From Brotaphodocola sp. (GTDB taxonomy: Bacteria > Bacillota > Clostridia > Lachnospirales > Lachnospiraceae), in the NCBI GenBank assembly GCA_051877535.1, contig JBJEIZ010000002.1, positions 945-64,944 on the forward strand: 64,000 nucleotides of DNA, given 5' to 3'. Below the pieces are notes generated by a model. That model was given only the letters and a program-made list of their open reading frames with translations. It ran no database searches and was not told where the DNA came from. The translations under genes and the position numbers were made by a program. This document shows, in pieces, positions 1 through 8,196 of this stretch (position 1 is the stretch's first letter; each line of letters starts with the position of its first letter).

Positions 1-1
1 A

Positions 2-124
2 TTAAAGGGGAATTTAGCTGGTTTCTGGAGCAGGCGGATCAATGACAAGGACAGACTGATTTACAAAATTGATGAAAACAATGTATATATTTTGGCTTGC
101 AGATATCACTATGGAGATATGTAA
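2..124 (+). CDS. yoeB: YoeB/Txe-family type II toxin, C-terminal part only (5' end off-window)
   Basis: Frame 2 reads LKGNLAGFWSRRINDKDRLIYKIDENNVYILACRYHYGDM*. The pattern WSRRI..(D/H)RL(I/V)Y...(I/V)YIL.CR.HY is typical of YoeB/Txe mRNA interferases. Confidence 0.75.
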   Translation, partial: LKGNLAGFWSRRINDKDRLIYKIDENNVYILACRYHYGDM

Positions 125-164
125 AATACACGGCACCCACACTTGTACAGTGAAGCTCTCCTTG

Positions 165-565
165 CGGGGGGCTTCTTTTTATTGCCGGGAATGGGTGTTC
201 CCCGTGAACACCCATGCATTTGTGATTTGGGTAAAGGGAGGGGCAGAAGAGGATAAGTTGAAGCTGGTTTAGAAATTCATGTATCTCATTTTCCAACAGG
301 TACATCAAAATGGAATAAGGTGGAGCATCGGTTGTTTTGTTATATTTCAAAGAACTGGCAAGGTCAGACACTTATTGATATAGAAACGGTGGTTAATTTG
401 ATCGGATCTACCACAACAGAAAAAGGTCTGACAGTTGTGTGTAGAGTCGATGATAATCACTATGAAACAAGTAAAAAGATTACTGAGGAACAGAAGCAGT
501 CCATTAATATAGAATTTGTGGGGTCAAATGAAAAATGGAACTATATAATTCGACCGAATATTTAA
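165..565 (+). pseudogene. ISAzo13-family (DDE) transposase, C-terminal remnant with upstream frameshifts
   Basis: The frame is open from 257 and reads VEAGLEIHVSHFPTGTSKWNKVEHRLFCYISKNWQGQTLIDIETVVNLIGSTTTEKGLTV...WNYIIRPN. This matches the conserved HFPPGTSKWNKIEHRLF...LIGSTTT C-terminus of ISAzo13-type transposases. Only weak, frame-shifted similarity remains upstream (LLFIAGNG, FVIW.K), and the N-terminal roughly 300 aa are absent. Confidence 0.65.
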
Positions 566-811
566 TTTATTTCATGAAAGTTATCAAATATGTAGAAGAT
601 TGAACGACGATGCGTTTGAGCTGTACCAGCTGCAAATTCTTCCAGTTGCATCTTCTTTCGGATATCCAATTCTCCATATTTAGAATAAGCAGTACAAATA
701 GTACAAACGTATCTTCACATCCAGAATCGAATGAAATACATAATTATCCATAATTTCACAAATAATAACATTCGAAAAGGTACTGCATTCTAAATTCAGG
801 TGGTGATTTTT

Positions 812-931
812 ATGGATCCAATTTCTATCTATCTCATGATCCTAAACGAGAAATTATTTCAAGCAAATGTAATTGATGCAGAAACGAAAGAAAAAATCAG
901 GCAAGCGATCTTGGAATCGACTGCATATTGA
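812..931 (+). CDS. Hypothetical 39-aa ORF upstream of the recombinase (MDPISIYLMILNEKLFQANVIDAETKEKIRQAILESTAY)
   Basis: An ATG is preceded by AGGTGGTG, and the ORF is followed directly by the 12-bp inverted repeat. I recognise no family. It could be an accessory or directionality factor, or noise. Confidence 0.3.
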   Translation: MDPISIYLMILNEKLFQANVIDAETKEKIRQAILESTAY

Positions 932-936
932 GAAAA

Positions 937-977
937 CTCGGGAGTAGAGTTATAATTTAACTGATTCTACTCCCGAG
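937..977. promoter_or_regulatory. Perfect 12-bp inverted repeat (CTCGGGAGTAGA-N17-TCTACTCCCGAG) abutting the recombinase RBS
   Basis: The arms are 937-948 and 966-977. The loop contains TATAAT, no T-tract follows, and the RBS GGGAGA with ATG 993 lies immediately downstream. Confidence 0.6.
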
Positions 978-992
978 AGAAGGGAGAAACCT

Positions 993-2660
993 ATGAATTT
1001 ATATCAGTTAAGAGAACGATTAAAAACGAAGTCTATTTTTGAAATTGAACTGGTCGTATCCTATTATGCACGAGTTAGCACAGATAAAGAGGAACAAAAG
1101 AATTCCATTGAAAATCAGGAACGGCATTTTGAAGATATGATCAAAGCAAACAAACACTGGAAATTTTATAAGGGATATGTGGACGATGGTATTTCCGGTA
1201 TGCATGCAGAAAAACGAGAAGAGTTTCAGCAGATGTTAAGAGATGCCAAGAACCATAAATTTGATTTACTAATTACAAAGGAGATTTCCCGATTTGCACG
1301 TAATACCCTTGACAGTATTCAGTACACAAGAGAACTTTTGTCCTATGGGGTCTGTGTTTGGTTCCAGAATGATAATATCAATACGGCTGATGAAGATTCA
1401 GAACTGCGATTAACCATTATGGCCTGTATTGCCCAGGATGAAATCCGGAAGCTGTCCAGCCGTGTAAAATTTGGTCATGCTCAATCTATTAAGCGAGGGG
1501 TTGTTCTCGGAAATTCTCATATTTACGGATATGACAAAGAAAAAGGGATTCTGCGGATCAATGAAAAAGAGGCCTCGATGGTTCGCGATATTTTTGAAAA
1601 ATACGCAACCGGCGATTGGTCTACACATCGTCTGGAGGATTACTTGTTTCGCTGTGGGTACCGAAATTATAAAGGCGGAAAGATTAGCAGCAGAACAATC
1701 AGGAATATTATCACGAATCCCAAATATAAAGGCTATTACGCCGGCGGGAAAGTCAAAATCGTTGATATGTTTACCAAAAAGCAGCAGTTTTTAGAGGAAA
1801 GCGATTGGGTTATGTTTAAAGATGACGGAAGCCGCGTACCTGCCATTGTCGATGAAATAACCTGGGAAAAGGCCAATCGCTATTTTCGAGAACGTAGTGA
1901 AGCAATCAAAACCCGGCGAACTTCTTTTAAAACGGAAAATTTATTTACCGGAAAAATTAAGTGCGCAGAGGACGGAGCCACGTACTGGATGAAACAGCAT
2001 TCTGTACGAGGAAAAGAGGATGTCAGATGGGTATGCAGTTATCGGATTAAGAATGGAGCCGAAAAATGCCCTTCGTTTGGATTAGCAGAGAGTGAACTAA
2101 AAAAGATGCTCATTGATATCATTCAAGCCTCTGTGATTGATATAGATCAGATTATTGAAAGATATCTTCTGCTTTATCAAAGGGCTATTTCGAAAGAGAA
2201 GGATCACAGCAAGGATATCGAACGCATTGACAAACAGATTCTCACCATTAAAAAGAAGAAAGACAAGATTCTGGATTTTAATTTGAATGGTGATATTACA
2301 GACGAAGAATTTACCGTCAGAAACAAAGAGTTTAATCAGGAACTGCAGCTTCTGGAAGCACAGCGTAAGAGTTTTCAAACTAAAACGGATATCAGTGATG
2401 TAAGAGCTCACCTAAAACATGTAGCGGAACAAATCAAGCGATATACCGTCCTGGAAGAAAAGGATATTACAAAGTCGGTTGTATCTGAAATGATTGATCG
2501 AATTGAGGTCAAGTCAATCGGAGAAAGAAAAGCGCATATCACTTTTTTCTTAAAAAACGGTCAAACATCCGAAAAAACCTATGAAAATCAAGTGTGTTGT
2601 TCTGGAAACACGTTGAAAAAAATGATCGAAGCTCAGGAAAAACAGATGATGGGCAAATAA
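993..2660 (+). CDS. Large serine recombinase (integrase)
   Basis: 555 aa. The N-terminal resolvase catalytic domain has the nucleophile motif YARVSTDKEEQ..SIENQ. A recombinase domain follows, then a Cys-rich zinc-ribbon region (CAEDGATYWMK...WVCSYRIKNGAEKCPS) and a long coiled-coil tail. Confidence 0.9.
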   Translation: MNLYQLRERLKTKSIFEIELVVSYYARVSTDKEEQKNSIENQERHFEDMIKANKHWKFYKGYVDDGISGMHAEKREEFQQMLRDAKNHKFDLLITKEISRFARNTLDSIQYTRELLSYGVCVWFQNDNINTADEDSELRLTIMACIAQDEIRKLSSRVKFGHAQSIKRGVVLGNSHIYGYDKEKGILRINEKEASMVRDIFEKYATGDWSTHRLEDYLFRCGYRNYKGGKISSRTIRNIITNPKYKGYYAGGKVKIVDMFTKKQQFLEESDWVMFKDDGSRVPAIVDEITWEKANRYFRERSEAIKTRRTSFKTENLFTGKIKCAEDGATYWMKQHSVRGKEDVRWVCSYRIKNGAEKCPSFGLAESELKKMLIDIIQASVIDIDQIIERYLLLYQRAISKEKDHSKDIERIDKQILTIKKKKDKILDFNLNGDITDEEFTVRNKEFNQELQLLEAQRKSFQTKTDISDVRAHLKHVAEQIKRYTVLEEKDITKSVVSEMIDRIEVKSIGERKAHITFFLKNGQTSEKTYENQVCCSGNTLKKMIEAQEKQMMGK

Positions 2661-2698
2661 AGAATTCCTTAGAATTCAGTCAAAAGTAAAATAAGAAG

Positions 2699-2747
2699 GC
2701 TGTCGCTTCATTGATTGGAAAATCGTGAAGCGGCAGCTTCCTTTTGT
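2699..2747 (+). terminator. Hairpin plus T-rich tail after the recombinase gene
   Basis: GCTGTCGCTTCA-N15-TGAAGCGGCAGC forms a 12-bp stem with one G-U pair, followed by TTCCTTTTGT. Confidence 0.55.
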
Positions 2748-2840
2748 AAAAAAGACAGTGTGGCTTTATCAGAAAAAGGATTTTCCTGAATTGACAAACA
2801 TGAAGTGTAGGAATAAAATAAAAAAAAGATTATAAATGAT

Positions 2841-3389
2841 ATGGAGAGATTGGAAATTAATAATATGACAGAAAGAGAATTAAAAAAGTTATCAAGAGCT
2901 GATTTATTGGAGATGTTGATTGATCAGAGTAAACAGTTACAGGATACACAAAAGAAACTGGCAGAAGCAGAGGACAAACTGTGCAGCAGAGAGATTATGC
3001 TACAGCAGGCAGGTTCCATTGCAGAAGCCTCTATTCAGATTAATGGTGTATTTGAGGCAGCTCAAGCAGCGAGTCAGCAATATCTGGATAATGTTAGACA
3101 GTTAAGCGAACGACAGAAGTTAATCTGCGAAAAATTAGAGCAGGAAAGCCGAGAAAAAGCACAGCAGAGGATTCAGGAAGCAGAGGAAAAAAGCCGTTCT
3201 ATGGAAGAAATAACAATGAAAAAATGTCAGGACATGGAATCGGAAACTACGGAACGGTGCAATACCATGTTGACGAAAGCAAGAGAAGAGTCAGAAGCAT
3301 ATTGGAAAGATGTTTCTCAGCGCTTAGATGATTTTTACAGCAAATATTCAGGTTTGCGTGAACTTTTGTCCATGACGATTCCCAGATAA
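2841..3389 (+). CDS. Coiled-coil protein of unknown function
   Basis: 182 aa, rich in E/K/Q heptad-like sequence, with the N-terminal motif LSRADLLEMLIDQSKQL. The start codon is uncertain because no clear RBS precedes it. Confidence 0.65.
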   Translation: MERLEINNMTERELKKLSRADLLEMLIDQSKQLQDTQKKLAEAEDKLCSREIMLQQAGSIAEASIQINGVFEAAQAASQQYLDNVRQLSERQKLICEKLEQESREKAQQRIQEAEEKSRSMEEITMKKCQDMESETTERCNTMLTKAREESEAYWKDVSQRLDDFYSKYSGLRELLSMTIPR

Positions 3390-3397
3390 AGCGTGAA

Positions 3398-4006
3398 ATG
3401 ATTGGTATGAAAGAGAAAGTAAAATCGGATGTGCCGGAACTGTGGGAACTGGAAAAAGAACTGAATCGTGAAAAATATAAATATCGATACTGGCAGGTGC
3501 TGAAAAGTACCATCTTTACCTTAGTTGTAGTCGCTGCATTCGCTGTTTTGGTAACGATGCTGTGGTTGCCTGTGCTAAGAATTTATGGAAGTTCAATGAG
3601 TCCTACATTGAATGACGGAGATGTGGTGGTTTCTGTAAAGACTGGGACTTGGCAACCGGGGGATATTATTGCTTTTTATTACAACAATAAAATTTTGGTC
3701 AAGCGCGTGATTGCAGAAGCAGGAGATTGGGTTAATATTACAGACAATGGCGATGTATATGTGAATAATCAGAAATTGGAGGAACCTTATCTGTTTGAGA
3801 AAGCATATGGAGATTGTAATATCGTATTTCCATATCAGGTACCAGAGTCGAGGATTTTTGTCATGGGAGATCATAGAAGTGTCTCTGTTGATTCAAGAAA
3901 TACTGCTGTTGGATGTGTAGCAGAAGAACAGATTGTCGGAAAATTGATTTTCTGTGCATGGCCATTTAGTGAATGTGGCTGGATTGATGCTTCTGTATTA
4001 AATTAA
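3398..4006 (+). CDS. lepB: Signal peptidase I (S26)
   Basis: N-terminal TM segment; Ser box GSSMSPTL; Lys box ILVKRVIAEAGD; GDHRSVSVDSR box. Confidence 0.9.
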   Translation: MIGMKEKVKSDVPELWELEKELNREKYKYRYWQVLKSTIFTLVVVAAFAVLVTMLWLPVLRIYGSSMSPTLNDGDVVVSVKTGTWQPGDIIAFYYNNKILVKRVIAEAGDWVNITDNGDVYVNNQKLEEPYLFEKAYGDCNIVFPYQVPESRIFVMGDHRSVSVDSRNTAVGCVAEEQIVGKLIFCAWPFSECGWIDASVLN

Positions 4007-4070
4007 ATGCTTGTGAAATGAAAAAAGGGACCTTATAATATTGTCGAATATAAGATTAAGGAGATTTGTC

Positions 4071-4625
4071 ATGCGAGTGATAGCAGGCAGTGCGAGACGA
4101 ACCCCATTAAAAACACTGGAAGGTATGAATACCCGTCCGACCACAGACCGTATAAAAGAAACTCTGTTTAATATGCTGCAGTATGACCTGGCGGACTGTT
4201 GTTTTCTGGATTTGTTTGCGGGAAGCGGTGCAATCGGAATCGAAGCGTTGAGCCGCGGAGCGAAGACCTGCGTTTTTGTTGAGCAGAATCCGAAAGCGAT
4301 GGAGTGTATACGTGAGAATCTGAAAGCGACCAAACTGGAGCCGAAAGCGTTGGCTATGAATTGCGATGCGCTTACAGCACTGAAACGATTGGAAGGAAAG
4401 TATCGGTTTGACTATATTTTCATGGATCCGCCGTATGATCATCTTCTGGAGGAACAGATGCTGACGTATCTGGCCGGTTCCTCGTTGATCGATAAACAGA
4501 GCACAGTCATTGTTGAGGCATCGTTAGAAACTGAATTTGATTATCTTGCAGAACTTGGATTTGTTCTGGAAAAAGAAAAAATATACAAGACAAACAAACA
4601 CATGTTTGTATATCGAGGAGAATAA
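4071..4625 (+). CDS. rsmD: 16S rRNA (guanine966-N2)-methyltransferase RsmD
   Basis: [34 protein letters not shown] motif [18 protein letters not shown], and DPPY. The start is taken at the ATG after AAGGAG; the ORF track starts it at 4041. Confidence 0.9.
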   Translation: MRVIAGSARRTPLKTLEGMNTRPTTDRIKETLFNMLQYDLADCCFLDLFAGSGAIGIEALSRGAKTCVFVEQNPKAMECIRENLKATKLEPKALAMNCDALTALKRLEGKYRFDYIFMDPPYDHLLEEQMLTYLAGSSLIDKQSTVIVEASLETEFDYLAELGFVLEKEKIYKTNKHMFVYRGE

Positions 4626-4629
4626 AGCT

Positions 4630-5139
4630 ATGGCAGTTGCAGTCTATCCGGGAAGTTTTGACCCGGCAACCTTAGGACATCTGGATATTATCGAGCGCAC
4701 CGCCCGCATGATGGACAAGGTGATCATCGGAGTTTTGAACAATAGTTCAAAAACGCCATTGTTTTCTGTTGAAGAACGTGTTAAGATATTAGAGAATTTG
4801 ACTTCCCATCTTCCCAATGTGGAGGTTCAGTCCTTTAACGGTCTGCTTGTGGATTTTGTGCATCAAAACCATGCGGATGTGATCGTCAGAGGACTTCGTG
4901 CGATTACAGATTTCGAGTATGAGCTGCAGTTGGCACAGACGAACCATGTCATTGCGCCGGATGTCGATACGATTTTTTTGACGACGAACCTGAAGTATTC
5001 TTACTTAAGCTCCAGCATTGTGAAGGAAATCGCTGCTTACGATGGTGATATCAGTGAGTTTTTGCATCCGGATATTGTGGATATGGTAAGAGACAAAATG
5101 GCAGAGAGAGGGTTCAGGAAGGATAACCCAACTACATAA
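4630..5139 (+). CDS. coaD: Phosphopantetheine adenylyltransferase
   Basis: [21 protein letters not shown] carries the (T/H)xGH motif, and the length is about 169 aa. The ORF-track start at 4537 lies inside rsmD. Confidence 0.95.
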   Translation: MAVAVYPGSFDPATLGHLDIIERTARMMDKVIIGVLNNSSKTPLFSVEERVKILENLTSHLPNVEVQSFNGLLVDFVHQNHADVIVRGLRAITDFEYELQLAQTNHVIAPDVDTIFLTTNLKYSYLSSSIVKEIAAYDGDISEFLHPDIVDMVRDKMAERGFRKDNPTT

Positions 5140-5155
5140 GTAAGGAGAGATTTTA

Positions 5156-5734
5156 ATGAGTAGGATCGAACAGTTAATCGGTGAAATTGAGGAGTACATT
5201 GACAGCTGCAGATTTCAGCCGTTATCGAATACGAAAATTCTTGTAAATAAAGAAGAACTTGAGGAGCTGCTCGTAGAACTGCGTCTGCGTATTCCGGATG
5301 AGATCAAAAAATACCAGAAGATCATCAGCAACCAGGATGCGATTTTAAATGAGGCGCGCACGCAGGCAGACGCGATGTTAGCGGAGGCAACGGCGCAGAC
5401 GAATGAACTGGTCAATGAGCATGAGATCATGCAGAAAGCGTATGCGAGTGCAAACCAGATTGTAGAAGAAGCTCAGATGCAGGCGCAGGCAATCATTGAC
5501 AATGCGATCGAAGAGGCAAACGCAATGCGCCAGGCATCCATCAACTATACAGACGACATGCTGAAGAGCCTGCAGGCAATCATCACACATTCGATGGAAG
5601 GTGCGCAGGGACGGTTTGACGCATTTATCTCTTCCATGCAGTCCAGCTATGATATTGTAACTTCCAACCGCAACGAGCTGGCTGGCAGTGTTTCTGCTAC
5701 GGAAGAAGAACCGGCTGCAGAAGAAAAAGCGTAA
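5156..5734 (+). CDS. Coiled-coil protein (often annotated as ATPase subunit b/H-like); function unknown
   Basis: 192 aa, Ala/Gln/Glu-rich helical repeats, conserved position after coaD. Confidence 0.7.
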   Translation: MSRIEQLIGEIEEYIDSCRFQPLSNTKILVNKEELEELLVELRLRIPDEIKKYQKIISNQDAILNEARTQADAMLAEATAQTNELVNEHEIMQKAYASANQIVEEAQMQAQAIIDNAIEEANAMRQASINYTDDMLKSLQAIITHSMEGAQGRFDAFISSMQSSYDIVTSNRNELAGSVSATEEEPAAEEKA

Positions 5735-6710
5735 TACAGGAAAAACTCGCGTGAAGCAGTTTCCAGATGATATAATGCCGGATGGATAATCCGGCATTTT
5801 TTGCGTTCCCGGGACATGCGGAGAAAGTATCGGTCTGAAGATCGGACTCATTGACCCGTATGACGCTTCTTGTCTGGAAAATCCCGGACAGCCCTCCGAA
5901 AGAAACGGCAGCAATCACCGGAAGCAGCGGAGAAGCGCTTGTTTTGCAGCTGCAGATCTGGTGGATTCCGGTGGTGATTTCTGCAAAACCGGAAAGCAGG
6001 GCTTTGGCTGTTTCCGGAAGAAAGGGCAGTACACCGATCCAGGCGGTAAGAATAGAAAACAGCATGATATATCCTCCGATGACCACCATGGTATCGCAGG
6101 TGGACATGAGGATTTCTTCCAGAGAAAGGCTGCGTGCATTGCTTTTTGTGATGGAGGAAGTTTGCACGGAAATGAGATTTGCCCCATCTGTCACGTTCCG
6201 GCAGCTGGTACGGTTCCTTTTTTTATAAAACCACCTGGATAAAAGCGATATGGGAAAAATCGGCAGATACAGACATAATGGAATCAAAAAAACGGGAATT
6301 CCTGCCGGAAGCTGATTTTTCACATATCCAAGCAAAAACATAGGGCTTGGGTGATTGCAGATGGAAAGCAGGTAGTTGGCATCTTCTTTGCTGATCTGTC
6401 CCCGGCGGTAAAAGTCGGCACACAATTTGGCTCCCAGCGGATAACCGCACAAAAGACCGCAGAGAAGTACATAGCCGCCGGAGGTGTCAAGACCGAATAT
6501 ACGGTGAAAAATCGGGGCAAAGGGGCGCATCAGGATATCGATTCCTCCGAACATGGTGACAAGCTGGGTGCAGATCATAAAGGGAGCCAGTGTCGGGAGC
6601 ACCACATGGAACCACAGCAGCAGTCCATTGGATGCGCCTTGAATGGAAAGGGATGGCATAGTCAGAAGAAGAATCAGCAGAAGGACAGGAATCAAAGGAT
6701 CACTTCGCAA
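5697..6710 (-). CDS. ylbJ: Sporulation integral membrane protein YlbJ (nucleoside-recognition domain family)
   Basis: 337 aa and polytopic. Motifs: GLLLWFHVVLPTLAPFMI, LLCGLLCGYPLGAKL, SICNHPSPMF. The coaD-ylbJ neighbourhood matches Bacillus. The start is TTG, and the 3' end overlaps the convergent gene by 38 nt. Confidence 0.75.
   Translation of the reverse strand: MRSDPLIPVLLLILLLTMPSLSIQGASNGLLLWFHVVLPTLAPFMICTQLVTMFGGIDILMRPFAPIFHRIFGLDTSGGYVLLCGLLCGYPLGAKLCADFYRRGQISKEDANYLLSICNHPSPMFLLGYVKNQLPAGIPVFLIPLCLYLPIFPISLLSRWFYKKRNRTSCRNVTDGANLISVQTSSITKSNARSLSLEEILMSTCDTMVVIGGYIMLFSILTAWIGVLPFLPETAKALLSGFAEITTGIHQICSCKTSASPLLPVIAAVSFGGLSGIFQTRSVIRVNESDLQTDTFSACPGNAKNAGLSIRHYIIWKLLHASFSCITLFLLQPVLLP
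5775..5802 (+). terminator. Rho-independent terminator for the 5156-5734 gene
   Basis: ATGCCGGAT-GGATA-ATCCGGCAT followed by TTTTT. It lies inside the 3' coding region of the convergent ylbJ. Confidence 0.6.
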
Positions 6711-6730
6711 TTGTCATTTTTTTATTCTTA

Positions 6731-6759
6731 TTCCATTGCGGAACGTTTTATGTTATACT
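6731..6759 (+). promoter_or_regulatory. Candidate sigma-A promoter for the methyltransferase gene
   Basis: TTCCAT-17-TATACT with an extended -10 (TGtTATACT). Confidence 0.4.
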
Positions 6760-6811
6760 AAACATTATTTCGGGCTGATATCAGCGTACCGAACAGAAAG
6801 TAGAGTGTTTT

Positions 6812-8185
6812 ATGAGATTGCCAGAATCTTTTTTAGAAAATATGAAGCAGCTTTTGGGGCAGGATTATGATGCGTGGCTGAAAAGTTATGACAAAAGACC
6901 ATTTCAGGGTCTGCGAATCAATCAGACAAAATTAAGTCCTGCTTTGTGGGAAGCAAAAGGACTTTATACAACACGGCGCGTCCCGTGGACGGAAAATGGA
7001 TATTATTGTGAAGATGAGGGCCGACCGTCGAAGGATGCCTATTATTTTGCGGGTCTTTATTATCTGCAGGAACCCAGTGCTATGGCGCCTGCCGCGCTGC
7101 TTCCGGTTGAACCGGGGGACTATGTGCTGGATCTTTGTGCTGCACCGGGAGGAAAAAGCACAGAACTGGGGGCAAAGCTTTGCGGAAAGGGTCTGCTGGT
7201 ATCCAACGACATCAGCAATTCCCGCGCCCGGGCACTTTTAAAGAATCTGGAACTATTCGGGATTCCGAATATTTGTGTGACGAGTGAGGCGCCGGAAAAG
7301 CTGGCGGATACCTTTGGTGCGTATTTTGATAAGATTCTGGTAGATGCGCCATGCTCCGGGGAAGGCATGTTCCGGAAAGATCCGGATCTGATCAAAAGCT
7401 GGCAGGAGCATGGACCGGAATATTATGCTCCGATTCAGAAAGAAATTCTGATGCAGGCAGTCCGTATGTTAAAACCGGGCGGTATGCTGCTTTATTCGAC
7501 CTGCACCTTTGCAAAGATGGAAGACGAAGATGTGATCGACTGGATTTTATCGCGGAATTCCGATATGGAGATCGTTCCGGTGCCGCTCTGGGAAGGGGCT
7601 GCACCTGGTGTGGATGGAAAGCCGGTGGTTCGGCTGTTTCCTCACCGAATCGATGGAGAAGGTCATTTCGCAGCGCTTCTGCATAAAAAAGTGAATGACG
7701 GCAGTTTGCCAAAAATGTCTGGAACATCTGCAAAGAATCCGGATACTGCAAGGATTCGTCAGTTGGAAAAGGAAAGTGATTTTCTGGATTGGGAGCAGCT
7801 TTTGAAATGTCCTCTGGACCGCAGCCGCATGATGATCCGTGATACATCCGTGTATTATCTTCCGGAAGGCTTTGAGCGAAGCTGGAATCTGCGCTATCTG
7901 CGTACCGGTCTGCTTCTGGGAGAATGGAAAAAGAAACGGTTTGAACCGTCTCAGGCGGCTGCAATGGTCTTGAAGCAGGAAGATTTTTCTCAGACATTTT
8001 CTATGTCACGCAGCGATGAACGTGTCATACGCTATTTGAAAGGGGAAACCATTTTTGCAAAAGAGGATGAGCATCCGGCAAAGGGATGGAATCTGGTCTG
8101 TGTGGATGGATATCCGCTCGGCTGGGCAAAGTTTGCTGGAGGCACATGGAAGAATAAATATTATCCGGGATGGCGGTGGCAATGA
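6812..8185 (+). CDS. RsmB/RsmF-family rRNA m5C methyltransferase (NOL1/NOP2/Sun)
   Basis: SAM site LDLCAAPGGKST; catalytic Cys motifs DAPCSGEGMFRKDP and YSTCTF; C-terminal PUA-like extension. Confidence 0.85.
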   Translation: MRLPESFLENMKQLLGQDYDAWLKSYDKRPFQGLRINQTKLSPALWEAKGLYTTRRVPWTENGYYCEDEGRPSKDAYYFAGLYYLQEPSAMAPAALLPVEPGDYVLDLCAAPGGKSTELGAKLCGKGLLVSNDISNSRARALLKNLELFGIPNICVTSEAPEKLADTFGAYFDKILVDAPCSGEGMFRKDPDLIKSWQEHGPEYYAPIQKEILMQAVRMLKPGGMLLYSTCTFAKMEDEDVIDWILSRNSDMEIVPVPLWEGAAPGVDGKPVVRLFPHRIDGEGHFAALLHKKVNDGSLPKMSGTSAKNPDTARIRQLEKESDFLDWEQLLKCPLDRSRMMIRDTSVYYLPEGFERSWNLRYLRTGLLLGEWKKKRFEPSQAAAMVLKQEDFSQTFSMSRSDERVIRYLKGETIFAKEDEHPAKGWNLVCVDGYPLGWAKFAGGTWKNKYYPGWRWQ

Positions 8186-8196
8186 TGGGAAAGAGG

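Larger units (their letters stand above)
1..2840. mobile_element. Right-hand edge of an integrated mobile element or accessory island; the left end lies off-window
   Basis: The segment is AT-rich. It carries a truncated toxin gene, an IS remnant, start-less ORF debris and a large serine recombinase gene next to conserved housekeeping genes (lepB, rsmD, coaD). The exact junction was not determined. Confidence 0.5.

Noticed and set aside
39-371. Examined the ORF-track entries 39-371 (minus strand) and 69-272 (plus strand).
   Set aside because: They overlap the yoeB 3' end and the decayed transposase, have no RBS, and give implausible translations.
566-735. Examined a minus-strand start-less frame (RYVCTICTAYSKYGELDIRKKMQLEEFAAGTAQTHRRSIFYIFDNFHEIN*) next to the IS remnant.
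   Set aside because: It has no start codon and no recognisable family. I treat it as degraded mobile-element debris.
5697-5802. Considered whether ylbJ is frameshifted or mis-terminated. Its 3' end overlaps the convergent gene by 38 nt and reads through that gene's terminator hairpin.
   Set aside because: The C-terminal translation (LSIRHYIIWKLLHASFSCITLFLL) still looks like a genuine last TM helix of YlbJ. Convergent overlap is therefore the simpler explanation.
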